Positions 1-9,157 of a stretch of DNA of 53,195 nt are shown here, piece after piece. The DNA comes from a virus (Duplodnaviria > Caudoviricetes). Within the stretch, counting starts at the first letter, position 1. Every line of letters starts with the position of its first letter. The position numbers and the translations under genes were made by a program. Where the stretch lies: IMG/VR virus record IMGVR_UViG_3300020202_000090, positions 1 to 53,195 of that record; one strand, written 5' to 3'. A model generated the notes under the pieces. The model worked only from the letters and a program-made list of their open reading frames with translations. It did no database searches and was not told where the DNA came from.

Positions 1-127
1 AATGTTCTGGTGATGACTTCTGATAACTATGACTCTGTTCTTAAGTGGGATGGGTCTGGCGGAACGTTTGCGACTTTACTCAATAACTCAGCTCCGACTT
101 GCCGGTTTGCGATTAATCATCAAGGGT
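1..127. repeat. Terminal direct repeat, left copy (circular assembly overlap)
   Basis: 1..127 is identical to 53069..53195; it falls inside a gene whose frame continues across the join. Confidence 0.97.
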
Positions 128-1143
128 TTTTAATCCTCCTTAACTCTACGACTCGTAAGCGTATCTTTTCTTACGAGGATGAAAATACTCAACTTACCGG
201 AGACTGGGCAGATAGCTTCGATATTCCAAGCTCTCAGGATGATGAAATTACAGCGGCTTTTGTTCTAAACCAAATCTTATATGTATCTACTCGATATTTT
301 ATTTACAGATTAACCTACGTTGGTGGAAACCCCGATTGGTCTTATAAAGAAATCAAAAACTGGGGATTTGTTCCTAGAACCGCGAAAAAGATCACCTTAA
401 AGGATATCGGCGAAGTTATTGTTGGTTTATCTTGGGATAAGCGCATTCGAATTTTTGACGGCGCGAATGACAAAATTGTATCAGATCAGATTGAGCTGGA
501 TAACAGACAATGTGATTTCTCACTAGCTAAGTTAGGAAAATCAGGGTCTGGATTAGTGGTTTCTCATGCGGTGGTGGACGAGAATGAGCAAGTTTATAAG
601 CTAAATGTAGCCATCGGCGTGAACTCTTCTGAAACGACGCATTTGATTAATTTTGATGGGCGTAAACTTTCCTTTTACCCATATCAGAATCAGATGTGGC
701 AAACCATGTGTATGGTCCAATCGGATAATCTAAGATACGTATTAGCTGGGGATCGATCAGGTTTGGTTCATATTTTAGATAGTGGGAATTTAGATGCTAA
801 CAGAACTCCAATCGATGATGTCTACGACTCGAATATTATCTTTGATAAGTCTCCTTCGGAAGTAAGTAAAGCGCACAAGATTGACCTTTATTTTAAGCCT
901 ACTTCTTCTAATACGATTAAATATATGGACCGGGTTGATTTCACAGGAAATTTCTCTGTCAGAGATAACATTATGCTTGTGAACACTGGAGCGATGATTC
1001 AGGTCAAAAAAGAAATCGATGTTCCTGTTACCACAAATATTTATCAGTTCAGAATCACGTCTTCTAGGAACACTTCTGAACCCTGGGAACTCAACCGAAC
1101 TGACTACTTCAATGACGCAAAAGGAGTTGGCGGGAATGGGTAA
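1..1143 (+). CDS. Tail nozzle / tubular protein B-like, C-terminal part
   Basis: Beta-rich; frame continuous with 51335..53068; lies between adaptor and ejection genes. Confidence 0.75.
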   Translation, partial: NVLVMTSDNYDSVLKWDGSGGTFATLLNNSAPTCRFAINHQGFLILLNSTTRKRIFSYEDENTQLTGDWADSFDIPSSQDDEITAAFVLNQILYVSTRYFIYRLTYVGGNPDWSYKEIKNWGFVPRTAKKITLKDIGEVIVGLSWDKRIRIFDGANDKIVSDQIELDNRQCDFSLAKLGKSGSGLVVSHAVVDENEQVYKLNVAIGVNSSETTHLINFDGRKLSFYPYQNQMWQTMCMVQSDNLRYVLAGDRSGLVHILDSGNLDANRTPIDDVYDSNIIFDKSPSEVSKAHKIDLYFKPTSSNTIKYMDRVDFTGNFSVRDNIMLVNTGAMIQVKKEIDVPVTTNIYQFRITSSRNTSEPWELNRTDYFNDAKGVGGNG

Positions 1144-1378
1144 GCTAGACCAACCTGAGCTTAGAGGTTTACCGCAAGAGTTAATTGATTTTGTAAACCA
1201 AACAGTTGAAAGATGGAATTTTGGGAAGTTCCAAAAGCAGATTGTAACCTCAGCCCCTAATTGGCGAGCACAGGCAGGGGAAGAGGTTTACATGATTACT
1301 GGAGCTACGGGAAGACTTTACGTTTGTACGTCATCTAACACAGCAAACTGGAGGGTTGTATCAACCTTCACACCATAG
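1136..1378 (+). CDS. Small virion/tail-associated protein
   Basis: AAGGAG at 1121 before ATG 1136; overlaps nozzle stop. Confidence 0.55.
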   Translation: MGKLDQPELRGLPQELIDFVNQTVERWNFGKFQKQIVTSAPNWRAQAGEEVYMITGATGRLYVCTSSNTANWRVVSTFTP

Positions 1379-1782
1379 AGATCATTAAGTTCTTAGGGGA
1401 TCATGGATATAGATTCAGAAAAGATGAAAAAGAACCAGTATTTAACTATGTTGAGAGAATGCTGGAAGACGGTCGGATTATGGAGCTCCGAGAGTTTGAC
1501 CATCTTCATAGCGTTTTATTTTTTTCTGTTACTAATTTCCCTGATGATTATCTGAAAAAGGGTATGTGGGAGTACAAGGAAGATGATCCTTCAGGAGACA
1601 CGTTTTATATCGAGAAGATTTTTTCTAAGGGCTGGTCTAAGAAACTAACTATGAAAGTAAATGATTTAGCTTTAGCGAGCTACCCCTCCATCAAATTTGG
1701 TGCTTGGGACCGTTATGGGATAATGTCAGACAGGAGATTTACTATGAAAGTAAGGAGACATCATGCAGAACATACAAATTAA
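1360..1782 (+). CDS. Hypothetical protein (start ATC 1360 or ATG 1459)
   Basis: Frame open from 1339; GGAGG at 1350-1354 is 5 nt before ATC. Confidence 0.5.
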   Translation: MNLHTIEIIKFLGDHGYRFRKDEKEPVFNYVERMLEDGRIMELREFDHLHSVLFFSVTNFPDDYLKKGMWEYKEDDPSGDTFYIEKIFSKGWSKKLTMKVNDLALASYPSIKFGAWDRYGIMSDRRFTMKVRRHHAEHTN

Positions 1783-2395
1783 GATTCTAAATAATAGGGA
1801 ATTTGACGGTTTACCATTATCTGCTACTCGTGGGGCGGATATCTCTGACTCGATTGGTTTTGCAGATGTCCCTAATCGGCGTATTTATGTAAGAGACTGC
1901 GGTCGTGATGAGCTAAATCGTTTAGTGGTTCAGCACGAAATGGACCATCTTTTCGAACTCGAAGGAACTGATGAAGATCCGCACGTAGAAGGCATTAGAC
2001 ACAAAAAAGCCAGAGACTTTTTTAGACTATTTTGGGATCCTCGCACAATTACAAATCCTAATATCGGTCAAGAAGAGCGTAAAGCTCAGAACGCAGCCAA
2101 TGACGCTGCGCAAGCTGAACAGCAAGCTCAACAAGCGGCTCAGTCTCAACAGCAGAGTCTGATGCAGGAACAACAGCAGTCTTCTTTAACCGGTCCTTTA
2201 GGACAGTTCCAAGTGGCTTCTACTCCAGGTACGAATAAAGTTCCATCTGGTACTGGTGGTGGCCCTGCGATTCAAGGCGGTATCAATAATGGATTACTTC
2301 AAAGTCCTAATAGTAATCAGACGGATACCAATGGAGTAAGTTCAGGTTTGCTTGAAAGAGTGAAAGGCTTCTTCAGCGGAAGGAGCTCCTTCTAA
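1763..2395 (+). CDS. Putative ejection/internal virion protein with N-terminal HExxH domain
   Basis: QHEMDH motif, then Gln/Ala/Gly-rich tail; position after nozzle. Confidence 0.6.
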   Translation: MQNIQIKILNNREFDGLPLSATRGADISDSIGFADVPNRRIYVRDCGRDELNRLVVQHEMDHLFELEGTDEDPHVEGIRHKKARDFFRLFWDPRTITNPNIGQEERKAQNAANDAAQAEQQAQQAAQSQQQSLMQEQQQSSLTGPLGQFQVASTPGTNKVPSGTGGGPAIQGGINNGLLQSPNSNQTDTNGVSSGLLERVKGFFSGRSSF

Positions 2396-3774
2396 TGAAA
2401 AATATTACTATTAAAATTCTCTCTGATAAAGAATTTGATCGGCTTCCAGTTACAGAAACTCGTGGCGCGAATATCTCTGATTCTTTAGGTTTTGCGGATG
2501 TTCACAGAAATCGAATCTTCGTAAGACAAACGGGACGTGATGAGCTTAATAGACTTCTTATTCAGCATGAACTAGAGCATCTTTTCGAACTCGAAGGAAC
2601 TGATGAAGACGAAGTGGTAGAAGGTATCCGCCATAAAAAGATGCCTAAAACACGTCAAATCTTAGGCCCTATTGCTGAAATAGCTGGACCAGTTGTTGGA
2701 AACGCTATTTTGCCAGGATTTGGTGGGGCTATTGGTGGCGCCGCTGGTTCTGCTATTAATAAAGGTATCGGCGGTGAAAAAAGGACGACGGAAGGTATTT
2801 TACCAGCTGCCGCTAAAGGTGGTGTAATTGGTGGAGTAGCCGATCTTGCTACTGGGAATTTTGGAATGGATTCTAAAACCACGAATCCCTTAACTAGATT
2901 CGGAGAAAGCTTTAAATCTGGTTTTGGAATCGGAAATATCATGGATCAGTTTAAGAACATGTTTGGGAGCGGTGTAGCTGAGGCAAGTCAAGCTGCTGCC
3001 CCAATTCTTCAAACCGGAACAGCGTTTGACCCTTTTACTGGTAAAAAGAATAATCCAGATCCATCTGGGGGGGGAAATCAACCGCCAACACAAGGTAATC
3101 AACAATCTAGCGACTCCCCTTTAAGCAGGTTTTTTCCTGGAATTGATCTTAAGGGAATTCTTGGAGCTGGAGCCTTAGCTACTGGATTATTTAAGGGAAT
3201 GCCAGAAGTTCCAGAATTACCTCAATCGGCAGAGAATTATAGAATGGCTACTAATCAGGGAACTGAGATGGGAAATTTAGCTCAAGATTTCTTAAAGCAG
3301 AATATTGATCAGCAGTTCGAACCTTTATCCGATCTAGAAATTCAGGCTTTAACAAGACAGTACGAAGAAGCTGAAAAACGAGGTGAGGACGCAATCCGAG
3401 ATCAATATCGATCAATTCGCCCAGGATCGGATCCCACTACGGATTCTGCATTAAAAAGAGATCTTGAAGAAAACAGATCTAAGTACGGTCAGTTAAGAGC
3501 AGAAGCTGTTGCTAATAGAACTCGTGATGTAAGAAATACGTTTAATCAGCAGAAGATTCTACAAGTTCAACAAGCTTTGAATGCTAATGATGCTGAAATG
3601 ACTTATCTCCAAAAGGTTGCTCAAATGGATATTGAGAGAATCATGCAGCAGCTTAACATGGATGCTGACCAAGCCGCCTTATTCAAGAATACAATGCTTA
3701 ACCTCGGAACTGGGTTACTTTTTCCAGGAGAGGAATCATCTCCAATCAATATTAATATTGGAGGTACTGTCTAA
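2395..3774 (+). CDS. Putative ejection/DNA pilot protein with paralogous N-terminal HExxH domain
   Basis: QHELEH motif, glycine-zipper segment GGAIGGAAGSAI, helical C-terminus. Confidence 0.65.
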   Translation: MKNITIKILSDKEFDRLPVTETRGANISDSLGFADVHRNRIFVRQTGRDELNRLLIQHELEHLFELEGTDEDEVVEGIRHKKMPKTRQILGPIAEIAGPVVGNAILPGFGGAIGGAAGSAINKGIGGEKRTTEGILPAAAKGGVIGGVADLATGNFGMDSKTTNPLTRFGESFKSGFGIGNIMDQFKNMFGSGVAEASQAAAPILQTGTAFDPFTGKKNNPDPSGGGNQPPTQGNQQSSDSPLSRFFPGIDLKGILGAGALATGLFKGMPEVPELPQSAENYRMATNQGTEMGNLAQDFLKQNIDQQFEPLSDLEIQALTRQYEEAEKRGEDAIRDQYRSIRPGSDPTTDSALKRDLEENRSKYGQLRAEAVANRTRDVRNTFNQQKILQVQQALNANDAEMTYLQKVAQMDIERIMQQLNMDADQAALFKNTMLNLGTGLLFPGEESSPININIGGTV

Positions 3775-4523
3775 TGGCTAGAAGATTCAATTTGGAAGCT
3801 CCAAAAATAAAGCCTCAAAAATCTAAGCAAAGTAATCTTATTCAGGATCAAGCCAGAAGTAATGCTCAACAAATGCAGTTAGGTCCAGGAGCTGTTGCTA
3901 CTGGTGGAACTGACCGTTTAACCGGAACATCATTCCAAACTCCAGCTGGCCAAGACTTCGAAATACAAAAGACTGTTAGAGCTAAAGCGGCTGAAGATGC
4001 GAAAAAAGCTTCTATCGTATTTCCGCTTTTAGATCAGATTGAGAATGATTACAAAACTCTTTATGCAGACATTTTAGATAAAGGAGGGATTGAAGGACAG
4101 AAGGCAGCTTATGGAAAGTATACGAATGACATTCTTTTGAAGAAAAACCCTCAAGCTGCGGCTTTGTATTCTCAACTCGAGTCTAATATTCCAATCATCT
4201 CTCGATCTTTAATGGAAGTTGGAAATTTGTCAGAACAAGAACAAGCTCGAGCTGGTAAAGGGTTACCAATTTTAGGCCCTAATAGACGTATTTCAAATTT
4301 GTTTATGCCAGATGATCCACAAACTGTCATTGCAAAACTTGCTCGTTTTAAACAGCAATTCAGAAATATTTATGAAAGAAATTTACAAGTTTCTCAAACT
4401 GGAGATGTGAGCAACTTGGGACCTAAAGGAACAGACCCATCGATGCCTGGTCAAGTTAATCCCATTGATAGAGCATCTAAACTTAATTCTATTAAAGAGA
4501 GATTTAAGCAGAGGAAACCTTGA
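3774..4523 (+). CDS. Putative ejection/internal virion protein
   Basis: TAATG coupling; helical composition; GNLSEQE segment. Confidence 0.55.
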   Translation: MARRFNLEAPKIKPQKSKQSNLIQDQARSNAQQMQLGPGAVATGGTDRLTGTSFQTPAGQDFEIQKTVRAKAAEDAKKASIVFPLLDQIENDYKTLYADILDKGGIEGQKAAYGKYTNDILLKKNPQAAALYSQLESNIPIISRSLMEVGNLSEQEQARAGKGLPILGPNRRISNLFMPDDPQTVIAKLARFKQQFRNIYERNLQVSQTGDVSNLGPKGTDPSMPGQVNPIDRASKLNSIKERFKQRKP

Positions 4524-4744
4524 TTATGTCTGAATGCCGGGTGGTTCGAGTAGGATCCGAGCAATATCCTGAACAAGCTTATCGCGGACATTTTGGGGAA
4601 TCAAAATGGCGTCTGTTGGGCCGTGACATACCATCGCAAAATGACTTAATTGAACTCGATAATGGGGATCTAGCACGTCTGAAGGTTGTAGTGTATCGGA
4701 TAAAATCAGATGCTCCCGGAGGTTGGATAGTCCAAGAAGATTAA
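4520..4744 (+). CDS. Hypothetical protein
   Basis: Overlaps upstream stop; an antisense ORF competes. Confidence 0.35.
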   Translation: MIMSECRVVRVGSEQYPEQAYRGHFGESKWRLLGRDIPSQNDLIELDNGDLARLKVVVYRIKSDAPGGWIVQED

Positions 4745-4887
4745 ACCAATAAGTAGGTTTTCCACTATAAAGAGGGTGTTTCGGTGATTCTATGACTAAA
4801 ATATATTTATCTTCACCTATTCTAGACATCCCAAAATCATACATGAAAATTAGTACGACAATAAATTCCAATAACTTGAGGTAATTA

Positions 4888-6240
4888 ATGCCTAGTCCTT
4901 ATGATGAAATTATAGATGAGCTCGCTAAAGACCCTGAGTTTCTTGAATTAGATCCATCAGAACAAGACACTCTTGTTGAGGAATTGGTTCAGGAAAAATA
5001 TGGAAAGATACCTAAATCTGAAAATATCTTAGAAAGAGCAGCTTCCCTTAGCAATGAGATTGGCGCTGTTGCCAGTTCAGCTGCTTTTCCATTCCCGCAA
5101 ATGGGTAGGGAACTATCCAGATCTCCTGTTGCAGGACCAGTTGAATATGGAAATAGACTTATTAATGGAGATCTTCCGGAAGCTTCGTTTGATTTACCAG
5201 AAGCGAAAACTGGAATCGGGAAAACAGCTTCTTTCGTAGCGCCATTTATAATGCCAAGCCTTGGACTAATAAAGGGCGGGAAAAGTGCGATTTCAGGACT
5301 TAGAACAGCTCCTATAAGAAAGGAAATACAAGGTATAGAAAGCGCTATTCTTGAATCTAAAAAATTAGAGGCTCCCATAAGAGAAGAGATTGGTCAGATA
5401 GGAAGAGTTAGGAAAATACTAAAATCAAGGGCTAGTAGGGAGGCTGAAAAGGTTTCTTTCCTTGGAAAACAAGGGGTTAAAAATGCAGTTACTAATAAAT
5501 TCAAAGAAGCGAATCGAATTTTTGGTGAGAAGTTAGATGGTTTAACATCGCAAATGGCTGATTCTGATATATCAAATATAATTCAGAAGGCATCTAAGGA
5601 TGTTGGCGCAGAATCAATACCAGGAACTCCAGGACATAAATTAATGCAGTTTGCAATCAAGTTTGGCCCAAAAGAAGTGGACGGCGTTATTCAAACTCAA
5701 CCACGCATTTATAACTCAAAAGAGGTGCAAGCAATTACTAAACAAGTATTAGATTCTATCGGAGATGAGAGAACAAAAGCTATTTTTTATAAGCATTTAT
5801 CAGATTCATTACCAGAAAGCATACAAGGTTTAAAAGAAATAAAATCATCTCACGCTCCAATCTATAAAATGGCCAAAGAGTCTAAGGAATTAACCAGGGC
5901 AAGTATTAAAAGGGTAGGAACAGGAAGAGCATCTGAGCCTGAGCTTAAAAGATTGACTGATGTTGAAAAACAAATCGGAACTAACTATATAGAAAAATCT
6001 AGCAATATTAGTAACAAAAACAAATTACAACAATATGCTTTGAATAAAAGAAACTCCCAAGCAGAAAAAAAACTATCTTCTAAAATGGCAGAGCAAGAAT
6101 ATCTTAAAGCGAAGATTCCAGATCTCGAAAGAAACATTAAAGATGTAAGGTTTAGGCAAGGAGCTGTTATTGGGGCCGGCGGGCTAATTGGAGTTGGAAA
6201 TGCTCTTTCTAGATTTTTTAATGCCGAAAGACAACGTTAA
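4888..6240 (+). CDS. Putative ejection/internal virion protein
   Basis: GAGG RBS; coiled-coil, Lys-rich; Gly-rich hydrophobic C-terminus. Confidence 0.55.
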   Translation: MPSPYDEIIDELAKDPEFLELDPSEQDTLVEELVQEKYGKIPKSENILERAASLSNEIGAVASSAAFPFPQMGRELSRSPVAGPVEYGNRLINGDLPEASFDLPEAKTGIGKTASFVAPFIMPSLGLIKGGKSAISGLRTAPIRKEIQGIESAILESKKLEAPIREEIGQIGRVRKILKSRASREAEKVSFLGKQGVKNAVTNKFKEANRIFGEKLDGLTSQMADSDISNIIQKASKDVGAESIPGTPGHKLMQFAIKFGPKEVDGVIQTQPRIYNSKEVQAITKQVLDSIGDERTKAIFYKHLSDSLPESIQGLKEIKSSHAPIYKMAKESKELTRASIKRVGTGRASEPELKRLTDVEKQIGTNYIEKSSNISNKNKLQQYALNKRNSQAEKKLSSKMAEQEYLKAKIPDLERNIKDVRFRQGAVIGAGGLIGVGNALSRFFNAERQR

Positions 6241-6241
6241 T

Positions 6242-6304
6242 TTATTTATCGGTAAGTACAATAATCATAATAACAATTAGTGGAATCCAGCTTATTATAT
6301 CCAT
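6242..6304 (-). CDS. 20-aa single-TM peptide MDIISWIPLIVIMIIVLTDK
   Basis: Hand-translated; last ORF of a small leftward operon. Confidence 0.35.
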   Translation of the reverse strand: MDIISWIPLIVIMIIVLTDK

Positions 6305-6315
6305 CTGCAAGCCCC

Positions 6316-6738
6316 CTAATATTTATATTTTGGGTTGTCTGCCCGAGGCATTAAGCCCCACGTTGTGTAGTAAGACATTCCTCGTGAGCCCTTAGAAGGC
6401 CCGTAATCAAATATATCACTAGCAACAAAAGCCGCTTCTTTAGGGTAGTAAGGACAGGATTTATTTGCATTTTCCGGATGTTGATCTAAGGTTGGTACCC
6501 CGTTAACATAGATGATCTTTCCAAGCCTTGGAACATTCGGATGTAATGGTTTACATATATCATCATTTGGCGGTGTCCCGTAACTCAATTTAAAATCTTC
6601 CTGGTATAAACACTCATAAAGCTGAAAGTTGCTTTGCGGGCAGATAATTCTAAATCTCGGCTCATAAGGTATCTTCACCTCAACATCGCTAGGCATAAAC
6701 GCCAAGGACAGTAATCCAATAATCAAAAGTTTTTTCAT
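6316..6738 (-). CDS. Secreted hypothetical protein
   Basis: Signal peptide MKKLLIIGLLSLAF; four Cys. Confidence 0.6.
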   Translation of the reverse strand: MKKLLIIGLLSLAFMPSDVEVKIPYEPRFRIICPQSNFQLYECLYQEDFKLSYGTPPNDDICKPLHPNVPRLGKIIYVNGVPTLDQHPENANKSCPYYPKEAAFVASDIFDYGPSKGSRGMSYYTTWGLMPRADNPKYKY

Positions 6739-6947
6739 AAACAATTAGACTCTACCTCAGAAGCTCGGTGGTTATAAATAGATTCATCTTGTACACAATT
6801 CTCCAAAGTGTGATACTTACTTTTCCATTCATCGGCTTCATTTTCCCAATACCACGCTAGTTCTTTCCATTCTTTGGCGGTTCGTCCATCGATCTTGCAC
6901 CCACCACTACATAATATAACGACAAAAATTAAGAAGAGAACATTCAT
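6735..6947 (-). CDS. Putative lipoprotein/membrane-anchored coiled coil
   Basis: Hydrophobic N-terminus ending LCSGGC. Confidence 0.5.
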   Translation of the reverse strand: MNVLFLIFVVILCSGGCKIDGRTAKEWKELAWYWENEADEWKSKYHTLENCVQDESIYNHRASEVESNCL

Positions 6948-6986
6948 ACCCAAATTAGCTTCATAGATACCTTATGTTATAATAAA

Positions 6987-7289
6987 TTACTTCTTTTTAA
7001 CCATTAATTTGGTGCTTTTTTGAATGAAAGAATAAAATTGATCATCAATAATGCTTTTAGCTGCTGTAAGTTTATTGAATTGCTCCAAGGAGTCTTTAGA
7101 TGAAGCAATCTTCGAAGAAATCTGATAGCTATAAAAAGAATTGCAAGATTGACAGCGAACCTCTCCTGATTGTCGCGTTTCGCCAGATGGTCGAAGCGGG
7201 TAAAGAGCGATTTGACCGCTACACGACGGACAATTAAAATTTGCTACCGGAGTAGCCCATGGGACTAGATTAACCTCAGTCCATTCCAC
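6987..7289 (-). CDS. Zinc-ribbon protein
   Basis: CPSC...CQSC. Confidence 0.55.
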   Translation of the reverse strand: MEWTEVNLVPWATPVANFNCPSCSGQIALYPLRPSGETRQSGEVRCQSCNSFYSYQISSKIASSKDSLEQFNKLTAAKSIIDDQFYSFIQKSTKLMVKKK

Positions 7290-7408
7290 TAAGCTGCCTC
7301 TTTCTTTTCATTCCACTTCCTACTTTTACAAGCAGGGCATAATTGAATATTTTCTTGTCTCGGAACCCACTGATGTCCGCACCGCTGACACTTTAATTTA
7401 GTAATCAT
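7289..7408 (-). CDS. 39-aa zinc-finger protein MITKLKCQRCGHQWVPRQENIQLCPACKSRKWNEKKEAA
   Basis: Hand-translated; GGGAG RBS; first gene behind a consensus promoter. Confidence 0.75.
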   Translation of the reverse strand: MITKLKCQRCGHQWVPRQENIQLCPACKSRKWNEKKEAA

Positions 7409-7428
7409 AAGATCTCCCATATGTTTTG

Positions 7429-7457
7429 ATTGTATACCGATGATAGGTAACTGTCAA
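7429..7457 (-). promoter_or_regulatory. Sigma70 promoter, leftward
   Basis: TTGACA-17 nt-TACAAT on minus strand. Confidence 0.8.
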
Positions 7458-7468
7458 AATAAATCGTA

Positions 7469-7486
7469 TTAGGACGAAAGTCCTAA
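7469..7486. promoter_or_regulatory. Inverted repeat between divergent promoters (operator or hairpin)
   Basis: TTAGGAC-GAAA-GTCCTAA. Confidence 0.55.
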
Positions 7487-7494
7487 AAAAGTTC

Positions 7495-7522
7495 TTGACT
7501 GCTATAAAAAGCGTCCTATAAT
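7495..7522 (+). promoter_or_regulatory. Sigma70 promoter for glycosylation island
   Basis: TTGACT-16 nt-TATAAT; ATG 7532 only 9 nt after the -10 box, no SD. Confidence 0.7.
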
Positions 7523-7531
7523 CCTAGATTA

Positions 7532-9157
7532 ATGGTTTTTAATCTACCCCCCCTAGATTACCCATATTTGGCCCACCTGTTCATTATTTCCATAACCTAT
7601 TTTATCACATGGGGATACATAATTTTCTCTAAGACTTCCTTCTTAATTGACGATCAGGACGGGTTAGAGAGATTCAATGATAGGTGGGACGGGGAAAAGG
7701 TCATCAATACTTACGAACATGACGAAAATGGCATTAAAACGTCCTATAACAATATTTCTTACAATCCTAGGGTTGGGCTCCCCGGTAGCGTTATAAGATG
7801 GCTCAGGCTCAATCTAGGCAAAAAATTCACGGTAATAGGGAAGAACTCCAAAGGCCACGAGGTCTTCGGGTACGTTCAGAGTCCAAGAAGGCACCACGCG
7901 ATCTCTTTCATTGTTCATTTTGCGAACGTTATTTTAACTTACTTCTTTTTAGCTCGGATCTTTGATCCCACATTAGCTTTCCTATCAACCTTACTATTTG
8001 TAGTTCATCCCGTAACTTGTCAAGCTGTTGCCTGGATCTCTGGAATCGGTTATCTCCAGTGCTTATTCTTTGCATTGGTTTCCTTTCACATTGCCTTATC
8101 CAACCCCAATCCCTACCTCCTCATGCCGGGAGTTTTTTTCTCCTCACTACTCTCGGCATGGGGACTCTTCTCAGGGGCATTTAATTTCATTCCACTTCTA
8201 TTAATAGGAAAGTTTGAAGCTGGGATCATTGCATCTTTAATTTTATTCGTTGCTTTCTTTCAGTTCGGGAAGGGGTTTGTGACCCGTCGAGTATCCGAGT
8301 TTAAAAAACAGAACATGGCACGTTCCACCTTCCTCAATCCGCGTAAGCCCATCGTCATGATAAAGACGCTCTGGTACTACCTCCGGTTGGTCATATTCCC
8401 TAAAAGACTCGGTTTGTTTCATAGCTGGGGCTACCACTATGACGAGAAACTCGAACGTATTGATGGATTATTTTGGAAGGGTCTTCTGAGCCTTGTCATT
8501 CTGATATCTCTCGCAATTCTTGGGCCATATGCAGTAACTTTTGGCATTGTCTGGTTCATTACCTATCTCCTCGTTTTTTCTAACTTTATGACAGCCATGC
8601 AGTTTGTGGTGGATCGGTATGTCTTTATTTCCTCTTTGGGATTCTGCATTGTGGCATCGTATTACTTACAAGACTATCCGGTAATCTTTAGTTTTGTCCT
8701 AGGTATTTTCCTGATGCGTACCTTGGTTCATCTTCCGACCTTTAAAAACCTTGTTTCATTCTATAAATCCAATATTGAAAACTTTCCTGATTCTGAAGTG
8801 GCTTATGGGAACCTAGGAGTTACGCTTCATCATGAAGGTAAGACTGGTTCAGCCATGGACCATTGGACTGAATCTGCAAAAATCAATCCTTACTATGACG
8901 TTCCTCATTACAACATGTACCAGGTCTACCGAATGAGTGGAATGCTTCAACAAGCTAAAGATGAATTAAACAAATGCTTAAATTCTAAAACGGTTCATTT
9001 CCCAGAAATGTGGTCTAAGGAAATGGAAGGTTTAGAAAAAACAATGGCGATTCAGTCTCGTAAGAATGAAATTAACAACGAGATTAATAAGTACTTTGCT
9101 GAAGGTAATTTTGAAAAAATGTCGGAACTTAAGAAAGAGATGGAGAATCTTAAGTGA
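7532..9157 (+). CDS. TMTC-like GT-C protein glycosyltransferase with C-terminal TPRs
   Basis: Many TM helices; IDD motif after TM1; LFVVHPVTCQAVAWISG; DRYVFISSLGF; TPR AYGNLGVTLHHEG..AKINP. Confidence 0.85.
   Translation: MVFNLPPLDYPYLAHLFIISITYFITWGYIIFSKTSFLIDDQDGLERFNDRWDGEKVINTYEHDENGIKTSYNNISYNPRVGLPGSVIRWLRLNLGKKFTVIGKNSKGHEVFGYVQSPRRHHAISFIVHFANVILTYFFLARIFDPTLAFLSTLLFVVHPVTCQAVAWISGIGYLQCLFFALVSFHIALSNPNPYLLMPGVFFSSLLSAWGLFSGAFNFIPLLLIGKFEAGIIASLILFVAFFQFGKGFVTRRVSEFKKQNMARSTFLNPRKPIVMIKTLWYYLRLVIFPKRLGLFHSWGYHYDEKLERIDGLFWKGLLSLVILISLAILGPYAVTFGIVWFITYLLVFSNFMTAMQFVVDRYVFISSLGFCIVASYYLQDYPVIFSFVLGIFLMRTLVHLPTFKNLVSFYKSNIENFPDSEVAYGNLGVTLHHEGKTGSAMDHWTESAKINPYYDVPHYNMYQVYRMSGMLQQAKDELNKCLNSKTVHFPEMWSKEMEGLEKTMAIQSRKNEINNEINKYFAEGNFEKMSELKKEMENLK

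Noticed and set aside
1946-2609. Diversity-generating retroelement TR/VR pair
   Set aside because: Both copies are coding paralogous domains, differences are not adenine-specific, and no reverse transcriptase is seen
4524-4871. Minus-strand 115-aa ORF
   Set aside because: Overlaps a coupled plus-strand ORF and has no motif; cannot be supported over the alternative
7360-7490. Hammerhead ribozyme around the GAAA hairpin
   Set aside because: No CTGANGA core correctly placed relative to the stem
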